From positions 659-64,658 of the forward strand of contig CACIBQ010000001.1 of the NCBI GenBank assembly GCA_902584915.1: DNA of 64,000 nucleotides, in the 5' to 3' direction. Under the pieces are notes generated by a model. The model ran no database searches and was not told the DNA's origin. It saw nothing but the letters and a program-made list of their open reading frames with translations. Positions 1 to 10,769 of the stretch are shown here, in pieces (within the stretch, counting starts at the first letter, position 1; every line of letters starts with the position of its first letter). The position numbers and the translations under genes were made by a program. The stretch comes from an uncultured Pelagibacteraceae bacterium. GTDB lineage: Bacteria > Pseudomonadota > Alphaproteobacteria > Pelagibacterales > Pelagibacteraceae.

Positions 1-177
1 AAAATAAGAAATGAACGTAAATTAAATTTTAAAATTGAAATCGATGGAGGAATAAATTTTGAAACTTCTAAAATAGCTATTGAAGCTGGAGTAGATATTT
101 TGGTTTCAGGCACTACAGTTTTTAAAGAAAATAATGGAGATTTAAAAAAAAATATCAAAATTTTAAAACAAATCTAA
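1..177 (+). CDS. rpe: Ribulose-phosphate 3-epimerase, 3' end only (cut by window edge)
   Basis: Frame 1 reads ...FKIEIDGGINFETSKIAIEAGVDILVSGTTVF...KQI*; IEIDGG and AGxDxLVxG motifs; TAA at 175-177; usual rpe-heparinase-purH order. Confidence 0.9.
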   Translation, partial: KIRNERKLNFKIEIDGGINFETSKIAIEAGVDILVSGTTVFKENNGDLKKNIKILKQI

Positions 178-1808
178 ATGTTTATAAAAAGTGCATTTTT
201 AAACTTTGGTTCTATGCTCTTTCAGTTATTAAATCAGTTAAGAAAGATTTATTTAAACTCTCCCATTTATAATAAAAAAATATCAAAAATTGACGATAAG
301 GTTATTATATATAAACCTAGTCAAAGTATTTTAAACTGCTTAATTAAAATTGATAAAAAAAATATAATATTGAAGATTTTTCATTAAATTCAGTTTGGAA
401 GGAATCAATAAATTTAAATAGTAAAAATTTCAAAAAACTTCATAGCTTTTTTTGGTTATTTTCTTTAGATTTAAAATCTTCGAAAAAAATTACCCAAAAT
501 ATAATTTCCAATTGGATTGAAGAAAATTACAAATATAAACAACACATTTGGGATTTGGATATTTTATCAAAAAGAATTATTGCTTGGATTTCAAACTCAA
601 AACTAACTTACGAAAATTCTGAAACTGAATACAAATTACATTTTAATAACTTAATAAAAAAACAAACAAATCATTTAATATATGAAATAAAAAGATCAGA
701 TAAATTAGACGATAAAATAATTGGAAGCACAGCTATAATTTTAGTTGGTTTGACTTATGGAGATGTATTTTATCTTAAATTTGGTATTGATCTTTTAAAA
801 AAAATATTGAATTTTTCTTTGGACTCTAGTGGATTTCCTAAATCTAGAAATCTGAGACAGTTAGTATTATATCTTAAATATTTAATTATAATAAGAGAAC
901 TTTTAAAAGAATCTCAAACAAATATTCCTGAGTTTTTAGATGAAGAAATTTTTTACCTAGGCAAATCATACAATCTTTTATGTAGTAATAAAAAAAAAGG
1001 AATATTATTCAATGGCAACTTCGAAGATTCAAATAAAGAATTTGATGATTATTTAAATTTTCACAAATATAAATTTAAAGATGATACAAATGAGGCAGGA
1101 GGATATGTCATTTTAAAAAATAAAAAATCCTCATTAGCTATTGATCTTGGCTTAGTTCCTGAAAAAAAATTTTCAAAAGACTATCAAGCTGGAGTGTTTT
1201 CTTTTGAATTTAGTTTTTCAGGTGAAAAAGTAATTACAAATTCAGGTTATTTTCAAAATCATAAGCACCAGCTGAATATTATATCTAAATCAACAGCTAC
1301 ACATTCTACGTTAATTTTAAATAACTCTTCCTCAGTAAGATTTCAAAGAGATAAATATGGACATATGTTGGTAAATAAAAGTTTCAAAGTTTTTAATAAA
1401 GATATTAAATTTGAAAAAAATTTGTGGTTTATAAAAGCTTCCCACGATGCCTATTCTAAGTCTAACGGAGTAATTCATGAAAGACAATTACAATACTTTC
1501 ATGAAAACTGCAAACTAGTTGGTTGTGATAAATTAATAAAAACAAAAAACTTTAAATCTAGTAATTTTGAACTAAGATTTCATCTGCTTCCAGAAATTAA
1601 ATTAACTAAATTATTAAATAATGAGTCTATACTTATTGAAAACAATAATGCTGGTTGGAAATTTACTTGTAAAAATCATAATATAGATATTGAAACCGGT
1701 TTATATTTTGGAAGAAAGAATAGGTATATAGAAAATAAAAATATACTAGTAACTGGATTAACTAATAGTGAAGTGCAAAATATTTTATGGGAAATATCTA
1801 AAGTATGA
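178..1808 (+). CDS. Heparinase II/III family protein, split by a one-base frameshift in an A8 run (355-362)
   Basis: ORFs 178..387 and 555..1808 join into one 543-aa frame if one A is added (..IKIDKKKYNIEDFSLNSVWKE..); C-terminal motifs FSFEFS, ITNSG, STATHSTL, ASHDAY, LRFHL. Confidence 0.75.
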
Positions 1809-3346
1809 AAATTAAATCAGCATTAATTTCTGTATCAGATAAAACTGGACTTAATAAAATTTTAAAAGAACTAAAAAAATATAGAGTACAGCTAATAAGT
1901 TCAGGAGGAACTTATAAAAAAATAAGATCACTAGGATATAATTGTGAAGAAGTTTCAAGTTTTACAAAATTTCCAGAGATTTTGGACGGAAGAGTGAAGA
2001 CTTTACATCCAAAAATACACTCAGGAATACTATATAAAAGAGATAAAAATTCTCATAAAAGAACCATTAAAAAACTTAATTTTAAAAGTATAGATTTAAT
2101 TATTACTAACTTTTATCCTTTTGAAAATTCAGTTAATCTGAAAAAAAATCATCAAGAAATAATTGAAAATATTGATATTGGTGGTCCAACTTTAGTTAGA
2201 TCAGCCGCAAAAAACTATAAAGATGTTGTTGTTATTACGAAGATTGATAGTTATCAAAAATTTATTGATGAGTTAAATTCATTTAATGGAAAAACTTCAT
2301 TAAAATTTAGAGAAAAAATGGCTAGAATTGCTTTTGGAGAAACGGCCAGCTATGACTCGGCAATTTTTAATTATTTTAATAAATCCTTAAAAAAAGAAGA
2401 AATACCTGAGATATTAATTTTCAAAGCAAATTTAATTCAAAAATTAAGATATGGTGAGAATCCTCATCAGCTTGGAGCAATCTATGGTGATAGAGAAAAT
2501 TTTGGATTAAAAAAATTGCAAGGAAAAGAACTAAGTTACAATAACTATAACGATATTTTCGCCTGTTTAAATTTAATAAAAACATTGCCAAAAAATAGAG
2601 GAACAGTAATTGTTAAACATGCTAATCCATCAGGTGTATCAGTTGAGTTTGATCATTTAAAAAGTTATATTTCTGCTATTAATTGTGACCCCGTAAGTGC
2701 TTTTGGGGGAATTTTAGCTTGCAATTATAGAGTTAATTTAAAAATAGCTAAAGAAATAATAAAAAATTATTATGAAGTAATTATTGCAGATGGTTTTGAT
2801 AAAAAATCTATTAAATTATTTAAAAATAAAAAAAATCTCAGATTAATTGACAGTTCACAAACTAAACTTGAGAATTACAATAAAGTATTATCTGGAATAA
2901 AATCTTTATTATTTCAAACTGCTGATAATAAAGTATTTAATAAAAATAATTTTAAAGTTGTTTCAAAAATTAAACCGTCTAAACACTTAATGGAACAACT
3001 TATATTCTCTTTTAATGTATGTCGTTCAGTAAAATCTAATGCAATAGTTATTGCTCAAGATAATAAAACATTGGGTATAGGTTCTGGTCAACCAAACAGA
3101 CTTGACAGCTGTAAAATTGCTGTAGAAAAAATGAAAAGATTTAAACAATTTAATGAAAAAATTCCTATCGTAGCTGCTTCAGATGCTTTTTTCCCTTTTG
3201 TTGATGGAATTGAAAATCTAGTTCAATCAGGTATCTCAGCTATAATTCAACCATACGGTTCAATAAGAGATAGAGAAATAATTAAATTTGCAAATGATAT
3301 GGGAATTGTCTTGATATTTTCAAAAACAAGACATTTTAATCACTGA
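1805..3346 (+). CDS. purH: Bifunctional AICAR transformylase/IMP cyclohydrolase
   Basis: ALISVSDKTG, GRVKTLHP, IDIGGP, LRYGENPHQ, ASDAFFPF motifs. Confidence 0.98.
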   Translation: MKIKSALISVSDKTGLNKILKELKKYRVQLISSGGTYKKIRSLGYNCEEVSSFTKFPEILDGRVKTLHPKIHSGILYKRDKNSHKRTIKKLNFKSIDLIITNFYPFENSVNLKKNHQEIIENIDIGGPTLVRSAAKNYKDVVVITKIDSYQKFIDELNSFNGKTSLKFREKMARIAFGETASYDSAIFNYFNKSLKKEEIPEILIFKANLIQKLRYGENPHQLGAIYGDRENFGLKKLQGKELSYNNYNDIFACLNLIKTLPKNRGTVIVKHANPSGVSVEFDHLKSYISAINCDPVSAFGGILACNYRVNLKIAKEIIKNYYEVIIADGFDKKSIKLFKNKKNLRLIDSSQTKLENYNKVLSGIKSLLFQTADNKVFNKNNFKVVSKIKPSKHLMEQLIFSFNVCRSVKSNAIVIAQDNKTLGIGSGQPNRLDSCKIAVEKMKRFKQFNEKIPIVAASDAFFPFVDGIENLVQSGISAIIQPYGSIRDREIIKFANDMGIVLIFSKTRHFNH

Positions 3347-3684
3347 TTTATCTTGTCTATTTTTGCAGCTAAAACGAAATCACTTTCGTGTAATCCCTTA
3401 ATAGCATGTGTAAATATTTTAATTTTAGCATATCCCCAACCAAACCATATGTCTGGATGATGACCTTCGTCCTCAGCTATTTCTCCAACTTTATTAACAA
3501 AATTTTTACTTTCTATAAAATTTTTAAATTTAAATTCTTTTATTAGATAATAAATTTTGTCATCATTTGCTGTTACTTCCCAACCATCAACCATTTTCAG
3601 ATATTTATGTATTTCTGTTATATCAAAGCCAGGTATTCCACCATCACAAGGTATGCATTTTTTTTTTGATAAATCTTCACTCAT
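3340..3684 (-). CDS. Pterin-4-alpha-carbinolamine dehydratase
   Basis: AEDEGHHPDI, FTHAIKGLHESDFVLAAKID; N-terminal CxPC. Confidence 0.92.
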   Translation of the reverse strand: MSEDLSKKKCIPCDGGIPGFDITEIHKYLKMVDGWEVTANDDKIYYLIKEFKFKNFIESKNFVNKVGEIAEDEGHHPDIWFGWGYAKIKIFTHAIKGLHESDFVLAAKIDKINQ

Positions 3685-3696
3685 AATTTTTTAGTA

Positions 3697-3771
3697 TGGA
3701 GCGGGCAATGGGACTTGAACCCACGACCTTCTCGTTGGCAACGAGACGCTCTACCACTGAGCTATGCCCGC
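3697..3771 (-). tRNA. tRNA-Gly(GCC)
   Basis: Reverse complement GCGGGCATAGCTCAGTGGTAGAGCGTCTCGTTGCCAACGAGAAGGTCGTGGGTTCAAGTCCCATTGCCCGCTCCA: cloverleaf, anticodon GCC, GTTCAAG T-loop, encoded CCA. Confidence 0.98.
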
Positions 3772-3874
3772 TTATTTCAATGATATAATTAAATATTTTT
3801 AGACATTAAATCAACTAAAAACTATATAATTAATTTCAATCATGATTTAACAAAATATAATTTTAATTTTAATT

Positions 3875-5440
3875 TTAAAAATCATCTAACTTATTCAAAA
3901 AATCAAAATAATTACTATAATTTTGGCTACTATTTACTGAATTTTGATATATGGGTTTTTTAACTTGGTACAAACTCACTGTTCTTATGGGTTTTGCAGA
4001 TTTATAAAAATCAAAAATATTCTCATCCCACTTCATATTGCAGAAGTTAAATAATTTCTTTGATTCTTGATGTTTATTTTTTACCAGATCGTCATATTTT
4101 AATTCATAAATAAATTCTCCAAATTTTTTTTTCCAATATTTCATTACGTCTCTATAATTTATGATATACCTTAAAATATTTGTTTCATTATAGCTCCAAT
4201 CCAAATCTTTACTCCCAAAAATATTTTTATAAAGTGAGAGGCAATTATCTTTAATATTTCTACTCGTATGAATTACTCTAGAGTTTGGAAATAATAATTT
4301 AATAAATCCAATCCAATAAAAATTCGGTGGCATTTTATCTATAAATATGTTTTGTTCACTTTTTGAATTATATTTTTTTCCAATTTCGTTTGAAATATGA
4401 ATTATATGATCGTTCATTGTTTTTTTATTTAATAAATTTGATAAAAAGTCTTTATTAAAAATCTTTTCACGTAAATAAATATCTAAAAAAACTGATTCTC
4501 CAAAACCATAAGTATTATCTGCTGATGATAATAATTGATGAACTAATGTAGTCCCAGATCTTGGAAGTCCCACAATAAATATCATTTTTTTTTGAAAAAG
4601 ATCTTTAGTATCTTCTACTTTTAAACTGTAATTATCAAATATTTTTCTTATATTTCTAAATTTTAAAATTTCATTTTTAATAATATTTTTATCAACTTCT
4701 TTGTTTTTGATTTGATTAGCAATTTTAATAAATTCAGCAGATTGAGAGTATTTTTTTTGATCCTCAAATGATTTACCAATAGCAAAGTTAATAAAAGATT
4801 TGTGAAAATCATTAAAATCTAAATTCTTAATTTTATTCAACATTATTTTTTGATGAAAATCATTTAATGCATAGTCAGTGAATGTGCTTAAAACATAGTC
4901 AGTTCCTCCAATTAAAGGAAAAATTTTACTATGTAATAACAAATTTTTTCTAGCAAGATCATAATATTCTTCTTTATTTGTTAGATGACCTAGATCTAAA
5001 TAAGTTTGGCCCAACAATGTTAAAGCATCTGTAAATTTAACATTTTTTTCGCAAACTCTTTTTAAAGCTACTACTGCTTCTTCGTATTTTTGTTGCTCTC
5101 TTTTTAATTTACCAATTACAAATAAAGTATAAATATCATCTTCATTAATTTTAATTGCTTTATTTAAATTTTGTTCAGCTTTATCTAATTCATTAAGTTT
5201 AATTTGAGTTAATGCAATATTAGACTTTAAACTAATTTCATCAGGAAACTTGTTTATACCCTTGATAAAAAAATTTTCTGCATCTTGATTTTTATTCAGC
5301 TTTGATAATGATAATCCAAGTAGATTATAATAAGGCGCTATAACTTCTTCAGAGTTAATCAAAATTTTTGTTTTTTTTACAACTTGATTCCACTTATTTT
5401 CTTTAAAAAGTTTGTCTAGTTCTTGTAATTCTTTATTCAT
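3875..5440 (-). CDS. TPR-repeat sulfotransferase family protein
   Basis: N-terminal TPR helices (YYNLLGLSL, LTLLGQTY); PAPS-binding IVGLPRSGTTL, DKMPPNF, RNIKDNCLSLY, IRTVSLYQVKKPIY. Confidence 0.9.
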   Translation of the reverse strand: MNKELQELDKLFKENKWNQVVKKTKILINSEEVIAPYYNLLGLSLSKLNKNQDAENFFIKGINKFPDEISLKSNIALTQIKLNELDKAEQNLNKAIKINEDDIYTLFVIGKLKREQQKYEEAVVALKRVCEKNVKFTDALTLLGQTYLDLGHLTNKEEYYDLARKNLLLHSKIFPLIGGTDYVLSTFTDYALNDFHQKIMLNKIKNLDFNDFHKSFINFAIGKSFEDQKKYSQSAEFIKIANQIKNKEVDKNIIKNEILKFRNIRKIFDNYSLKVEDTKDLFQKKMIFIVGLPRSGTTLVHQLLSSADNTYGFGESVFLDIYLREKIFNKDFLSNLLNKKTMNDHIIHISNEIGKKYNSKSEQNIFIDKMPPNFYWIGFIKLLFPNSRVIHTSRNIKDNCLSLYKNIFGSKDLDWSYNETNILRYIINYRDVMKYWKKKFGEFIYELKYDDLVKNKHQESKKLFNFCNMKWDENIFDFYKSAKPIRTVSLYQVKKPIYQNSVNSSQNYSNYFDFLNKLDDF

Positions 5441-5460
5441 TTTTGTATCATTGCTGCATT

Positions 5461-6105
5461 ATGGATATATCAAATAATTTGCCAACTAAAATACCTATTT
5501 TTCCACTATCAAACTTTATAGTTTTTCCAGATACTACTGTACCACTTAATATATTTGAACCTAGGTATCTTCAAATGATAAATGACACTATGGCATCAAA
5601 CAGACTTATCGGAATGATACAGCCAAAAAAAACAGGTAATTTAAAAAAGCCAGATTTATTTGATGTAGGTTGTGTTTGTAAAGTAATTAGTTTTAATGAA
5701 ACCGATGATGGCAGATATATAATTATTATTAAAGGTCTTAATAGATTTAAAAAAATCGAAGAAATTGAAAGTACAAAACTTTATAGAGAACTAAATGTTG
5801 ATTATAAACTTTATAAAAATGATGAAAATTTAAAACAAGAAAATTTTGAATTTTCTAAAATAAAAAAAATAATGAATGAGTTAAAAATTTTATTTGAAAA
5901 AAGAGGATTTCAAATAAATTGGAAAGATCTTGAAGAACAAAACGTTTATCAAACATTGTCAGCGCTATCAATGGCCTCCCCATTTTCAATAGTTGAAAAA
6001 CAGATACTTTTGGAAACAAAAAATTTAGAAGAAAGAAAAGTTAAATTTGAGGAAATACTAAGTACTTATAATACAGATTTTACAAATTTAAAAACTGTTC
6101 AATAA
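5461..6105 (+). CDS. Lon peptidase substrate-binding (N-terminal) domain protein
   Basis: IPIFPL, VFPDTTVPLNIFEPRYLQMI, ETDDGRY; ATG at 5461 preferred over TTG at 5443. Confidence 0.9.
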   Translation: MDISNNLPTKIPIFPLSNFIVFPDTTVPLNIFEPRYLQMINDTMASNRLIGMIQPKKTGNLKKPDLFDVGCVCKVISFNETDDGRYIIIIKGLNRFKKIEEIESTKLYRELNVDYKLYKNDENLKQENFEFSKIKKIMNELKILFEKRGFQINWKDLEEQNVYQTLSALSMASPFSIVEKQILLETKNLEERKVKFEEILSTYNTDFTNLKTVQ

Positions 6106-7202
6106 TTTAAATTTCCTTTATTTGCTATATTAATACTAAGTTCTTTTAACTTCTGATTTTTATTTATAAATTCGAAAATTTTTTTCGAAATATTTTTTGG
6201 AATAAAATTTTTATTAAATTTAAAAAATTCGTGAATAAAATCAACTCCAAAAGAAAACATTGAATTATAACTTTTTGATTTTTTTTCAAACTCTTTATAT
6301 ATATGTTTATCAATACTTAATCCTAATTCAATTTTTTTATCCAAAATTTCATCAAGCTTTATTATATCTCTAATTGTCATATTAAATCCCTGTCCAACAA
6401 GAGGATGGATTGAATGAATTGAATCTCCAAAAAAAAGAATATTATTATAATAATATTTTTTTGCTAATCTTAAATTCAAATTAAAACTTTCAATTTTTTT
6501 GTAAGACAATATTTTATAGAGGGGATTAAATTTTTTAATTAATTTAATAATTTCACCACTAGATATTTCTTCTTTTTTTTTAATGTCAAATGAAAAGACT
6601 ACTGAGGTAAACCTGTCTGATAATGGAAGATATGCAATGGGTCCGTATTCTGTGAAGATTTGTGTGGCTCTATTATTTTTTACTTTTGTATGCTCAATTA
6701 TAGTTGTAAATGCTCTGTTGTGATAGTTTTTTGAAATTATTTTTTTTAAAAATTTTTTTGTAAAAAAATTTGAAACTTCACAATTAATAACTAATTTAAA
6801 TTTTTTTTCATTAATTAAGTATTTTAAATTAGAATTTTTTTTTATATACTTAAATGAAATAAATTTATTTCTTTTAATCTTTGACCTAATAAATGAAATT
6901 AATTTATCGTATTTTATCATATTAAAAAGTACGGATGAATTTTTCTTAAATAAAACTTCCTCATTAATTTTTTTATTTTGGATTAAAATCTTTATCTCAT
7001 TTATAGGTTCTGTTTTTTTGTAAATATTTTTAAAATAAATATTTAAATAATTTAAATTATGATTGGTTATACCTAATGTTCTTGTTTTATAATTTGTTTT
7101 CTTAGATTTTATTGAATATATCTGTGTATGAAAATTTTTTTTAGATAAGATATAAGCCAAAATCAAGCTAGTAAGATTATTTCCGATTAGACAAATTTTC
7201 AT
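6099..7202 (-). CDS. UbiH/UbiL-family FAD-dependent ubiquinone hydroxylase (divergent)
   Basis: GPIAYLP, FFGDSIHSIHPLVGQGFNMTIRD; divergent from ftsK as in other alphaproteobacteria; likely start MKICLIG at 7202. Confidence 0.8.
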   Translation of the reverse strand: MKICLIGNNLTSLILAYILSKKNFHTQIYSIKSKKTNYKTRTLGITNHNLNYLNIYFKNIYKKTEPINEIKILIQNKKINEEVLFKKNSSVLFNMIKYDKLISFIRSKIKRNKFISFKYIKKNSNLKYLINEKKFKLVINCEVSNFFTKKFLKKIISKNYHNRAFTTIIEHTKVKNNRATQIFTEYGPIAYLPLSDRFTSVVFSFDIKKKEEISSGEIIKLIKKFNPLYKILSYKKIESFNLNLRLAKKYYYNNILFFGDSIHSIHPLVGQGFNMTIRDIIKLDEILDKKIELGLSIDKHIYKEFEKKSKSYNSMFSFGVDFIHEFFKFNKNFIPKNISKKIFEFINKNQKLKELSINIANKGNLNY

Positions 7203-7265
7203 AAAATTTTTTAATTTTACCAATAATAATTAAATGGTACAAATCAACTGATTTGATTCATTTAT

Positions 7266-9350
7266 ATGAAATTTGCAAATTTTTTAACTAAAACAAAAGA
7301 ATTTTTAATCAGAAGAATTACAGAATTCTTCGGATTAATAGTTATATTCTTTGCTTTATCAATATTAATTTCACTCGCCAGTTATTCACCAGATGATCCA
7401 AATTTTATTATAAGTCATACAAACGAGATACAAAACTTAATGGGATATAAAGGAAGTATAGTTTCTGATTTCCTTTTTCAGTCTGTGGGATTGATAGCTT
7501 TTTTAATACCAATTACTTTATTTTTTTCAGGTATAAATATTTTAATTTATAAAAAACAAATTGTATTTATTGATAATTTATTTTTTTGTATAATTTATAT
7601 TATTCTTGGTAGTCTTTTTTTATCTTATTTTAAAAATGAATCGTTTTTGTTAACTGTTAATGGTAATGGTGGTTTTATAGGATTATTTCTTGAAGATAGT
7701 TTTTTAGCTTCTATTTTAGAAATTAATAACAAAGTTTCATATTATGTTTTAGCTATCATTATTTTTTTTATTTTTTTAAAAAGTATTAATTTTAAAATTT
7801 CTCATACAATAAATTATATAAAATTTTTAAGATCTTTATCTTTTCGTAAAAAAATTAAAAATGTGAATGAAGATAGTTATTTAAAAGAAAGTATCTATAA
7901 TCAAAACTTAAAAGAAGATAAGAGAGTACAAGAAAATTTACCATTTGAAAATAAAACTAATAATGATATTAAAAAATTTATTCTTCCAAGTTTAGAATTA
8001 CTTAAATTGCCATCTAAAAATGAAAAAATTGCAAAAAAAAATGAAAATATTAATGAAGAATTTCTTGAAAAAGTATTAATGGACTTTGGAGTTGAGGGTA
8101 AGATAAAAAAAATAAATTATGGTCCAGTGGTAACGCTTAATGAATTTGAACCAGCCGCTGGGGTTAAAGTTTCAAAAATAATTAATTTATCTGAAGATAT
8201 AGCAAGAAATACTAGCTCTGAATCTGCTAGAATTTCAATTATTCCAAGCTCTAACAGTATAGGAATAGAGCTGCCAAACATAACTAGAGAAAATGTTTAC
8301 CTAGGAGAAGTTATTAAAGACTCTCAATTTAAGAAAAAAGATATCAAACTACCAATAGCCTTAGGTAAAAGTATTTCAGGAAACCCTATCATTGGTGACC
8401 TAAGTACAATGCCACATCTTTTAATTGCTGGTACAACTGGATCTGGTAAATCCGTATGTATTAATACAATAATATTATCTTTGTTGTATAGACATACGCC
8501 TGACAAATGTAAATTCATTCTTATAGATCCAAAAATGTTAGAACTTTCTACCTATGAAGGTATTCCTAATTTATTATGTCCTGTAATTACAGAAGCAAAA
8601 AAAGCAGCTTCTGTTTTAGGCTGGGTCGTAAAAGAAATGGAGAATCGGTACAAATTAATGACTAAAGTTGGTGTAAGAAATATAGATGGATATAATTCTA
8701 AACATAAAACTTTTATGCCTTACATTGTAGTGATCGTTGATGAAATGTCTGACTTAATGTTGGTATCTGGAAAAGATATTGAAAGTTATATTCAAAAACT
8801 TTCTCAAATGGCTAGAGCTGCAGGTATACATATTATAATGGCAACTCAAAGACCGAGTGTTGATGTAATCACTGGAACTATAAAAGCAAATTTTCCAACT
8901 AGAATCTCATTCCAAGTATCTTCAAAGATTGACAGCAGAACAATTTTGGGTGAGCAAGGAGCTGAACAACTTTTAGGTAAAGGAGATATGTTATTTATGT
9001 CTTCAGCAAATAAAATAACAAGAATACACGCTCCTTTTGTTACAGAGGATGAAATTGAAAAAATAAATAACTTCTTAAGATCTCAAGCGGAACCAGATTA
9101 TGTTGATGAAATCTTAGAGTTTTCAGAAAATTCAGATATTGATACGGAAAATTCTGAAATGAATGATAAAGATGAGCTTTATCAAAGTGCTTTACAATTA
9201 GTAAAAAGTGAAGGAAAAGCTTCAACTTCTTTTCTACAAAGAAAACTTCAAATTGGATACAACAGGGCAGCAAGAATTATTGATATGATGGAAGAAAATG
9301 GAGTAGTTAGTAAAGCAAATCATGTTGGTAAAAGAGAAATTCTTAAATGA
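7266..9350 (+). CDS. ftsK: DNA translocase FtsK
   Basis: N-terminal TM segments, MPHLLIAGTTGSGKS, DPKMLELS, ATQRPSVDVITG, gamma domain LQIGYNRAARIID. Confidence 0.98.
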   Translation: MKFANFLTKTKEFLIRRITEFFGLIVIFFALSILISLASYSPDDPNFIISHTNEIQNLMGYKGSIVSDFLFQSVGLIAFLIPITLFFSGINILIYKKQIVFIDNLFFCIIYIILGSLFLSYFKNESFLLTVNGNGGFIGLFLEDSFLASILEINNKVSYYVLAIIIFFIFLKSINFKISHTINYIKFLRSLSFRKKIKNVNEDSYLKESIYNQNLKEDKRVQENLPFENKTNNDIKKFILPSLELLKLPSKNEKIAKKNENINEEFLEKVLMDFGVEGKIKKINYGPVVTLNEFEPAAGVKVSKIINLSEDIARNTSSESARISIIPSSNSIGIELPNITRENVYLGEVIKDSQFKKKDIKLPIALGKSISGNPIIGDLSTMPHLLIAGTTGSGKSVCINTIILSLLYRHTPDKCKFILIDPKMLELSTYEGIPNLLCPVITEAKKAASVLGWVVKEMENRYKLMTKVGVRNIDGYNSKHKTFMPYIVVIVDEMSDLMLVSGKDIESYIQKLSQMARAAGIHIIMATQRPSVDVITGTIKANFPTRISFQVSSKIDSRTILGEQGAEQLLGKGDMLFMSSANKITRIHAPFVTEDEIEKINNFLRSQAEPDYVDEILEFSENSDIDTENSEMNDKDELYQSALQLVKSEGKASTSFLQRKLQIGYNRAARIIDMMEENGVVSKANHVGKREILK

Positions 9351-9898
9351 AAAAAATTTTTTTTTCCTTTATAATTTTTATTTTACTTCAAAATCATTTA
9401 AATGCTTCTAACAAAGATAATGTTTTGGAAAAATTAAGCAAAACTCAAAATATAAGTTTTGATTTTATTCAAACTATTAATGGAAAAGATGAAAAAGGTA
9501 AATGTATTATTCAATATCCAAAAAAAATATTTTGCCAATATGAAAAGAGAAATAATAAAATCTTAGTATCAAATGGTACTAGTTTAGTAATCAAAAATAA
9601 TGAGCAATACTATCGTTATCCAATAAAAAGTACACCTTTTCACTTTCTTTTAGATAAAAATTTTTTAATAAATAAAATCAAATCTTCAAGTTTAGATGAA
9701 GTAGAAAATAAATACTTATTTTTTCAAATAAACGAAAATAATAGTAATATTAATATTTTTTTTAGCAGGGAAAATTATGATTTAATTGGCTGGCAGATAG
9801 AAGATATTTATCAAAATTTAGCTGTTACATATATTTTTAATACTTCAATTAATAAAATAGTTGATGAAAAATTATTTAAGCTTCCTACTAATGATTAA
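9347..9898 (+). CDS. lolA: Outer-membrane lipoprotein carrier LolA
   Basis: Signal peptide, FDFIQT, LVSNG, TPF, C-terminal FKLP; directly after ftsK. Confidence 0.85.
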   Translation: MKKIFFSFIIFILLQNHLNASNKDNVLEKLSKTQNISFDFIQTINGKDEKGKCIIQYPKKIFCQYEKRNNKILVSNGTSLVIKNNEQYYRYPIKSTPFHFLLDKNFLINKIKSSSLDEVENKYLFFQINENNSNINIFFSRENYDLIGWQIEDIYQNLAVTYIFNTSINKIVDEKLFKLPTND

Positions 9899-10401
9899 CT
9901 ATTTTGTAAGTTTATTGTTTCTTTCTTAAAAATTTTCAACCCCCTATTTAAATAGTTACTTAGTGCATGTTTGTGATCAAGTGAGCATGTATGGACCCAT
10001 ACTTTTTGAGGTTTAAGTTGAAAACATATTTTTATAGCTTCAGATAGTAAGTAACTTCCAAATTTATTGCCAATATAATCATCAAGTATTCCAAAATATC
10101 CTATTTCAATACTTTTTGTTGATAAATCTTGAATTGTTTCAAAATATCCAACTAAATCATTATTTAATTTTAGTGTGTAAGTATTCACGTTTTTATTTTC
10201 TAAATAAGAAATCCATTTTAAATTATCCCAGGCTAATCTATCAACCCATCGATGATTTTTTCCTATGTTTTTATAAAAAAACTTATTTAACTCTATATTT
10301 GGAGGATTCACTTTTTCTAGAGTTAAATCTTGATTAGGAGAATTAGTTTGATTTAAACTTTTTAAAGAATTTATCTCTAAATAATATCTATCTACTTGCA
10401 A
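9895..10401 (-). CDS. GNAT family N-acetyltransferase
   Basis: EIGYFGILDDYIGNKFGSYLL, VWVHTCSLDHKHALSNYLNRG. Confidence 0.88.
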   Translation of the reverse strand: MQVDRYYLEINSLKSLNQTNSPNQDLTLEKVNPPNIELNKFFYKNIGKNHRWVDRLAWDNLKWISYLENKNVNTYTLKLNNDLVGYFETIQDLSTKSIEIGYFGILDDYIGNKFGSYLLSEAIKICFQLKPQKVWVHTCSLDHKHALSNYLNRGLKIFKKETINLQNS

Positions 10402-10403
10402 TG

Positions 10404-10769
10404 TTATTGAACCATTTTTCCAATTTTTTCTCCACCAAATAAATGGAAGTGAAGATGGGGAACTTCTTGACCTCCAAATTCACCAATGTTAACAAGAGCC
10501 CTGTATCCTTCTCCATTATCCATAGTTATCTCAAGTTTTACAGCAACTTTGTTAACGCCCTTTATAAATCCAACTATTTCTTTGTCTGTCGCTTTTTTTG
10601 CAAAATCGTCTAAATCAGTAAATTTACCTTTTGGAATTACGAGTGCATGAATTTTTTTCTGAGGATTAATATCGTGAAATGATAAAACATATTCATCTTC
10701 ATAGATTTTTTTACAAGGTATTTCCCCTCTGAGAATTTTTGCAAAAATATTATTATCGTCGTAACTCAT
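10404..10769 (-). CDS. Histidine triad (HIT) nucleotide-binding protein
   Basis: NIFAKILRGEIP, GGQEVPHLHFHLFGG. Confidence 0.95.
   Translation of the reverse strand: MSYDDNNIFAKILRGEIPCKKIYEDEYVLSFHDINPQKKIHALVIPKGKFTDLDDFAKKATDKEIVGFIKGVNKVAVKLEITMDNGEGYRALVNIGEFGGQEVPHLHFHLFGGEKIGKMVQ

Noticed and set aside
3340-5440. Integrative island at tRNA-Gly
   Set aside because: No integrase and no duplicated tRNA 3' end; a core-type gene follows the tRNA 3' end
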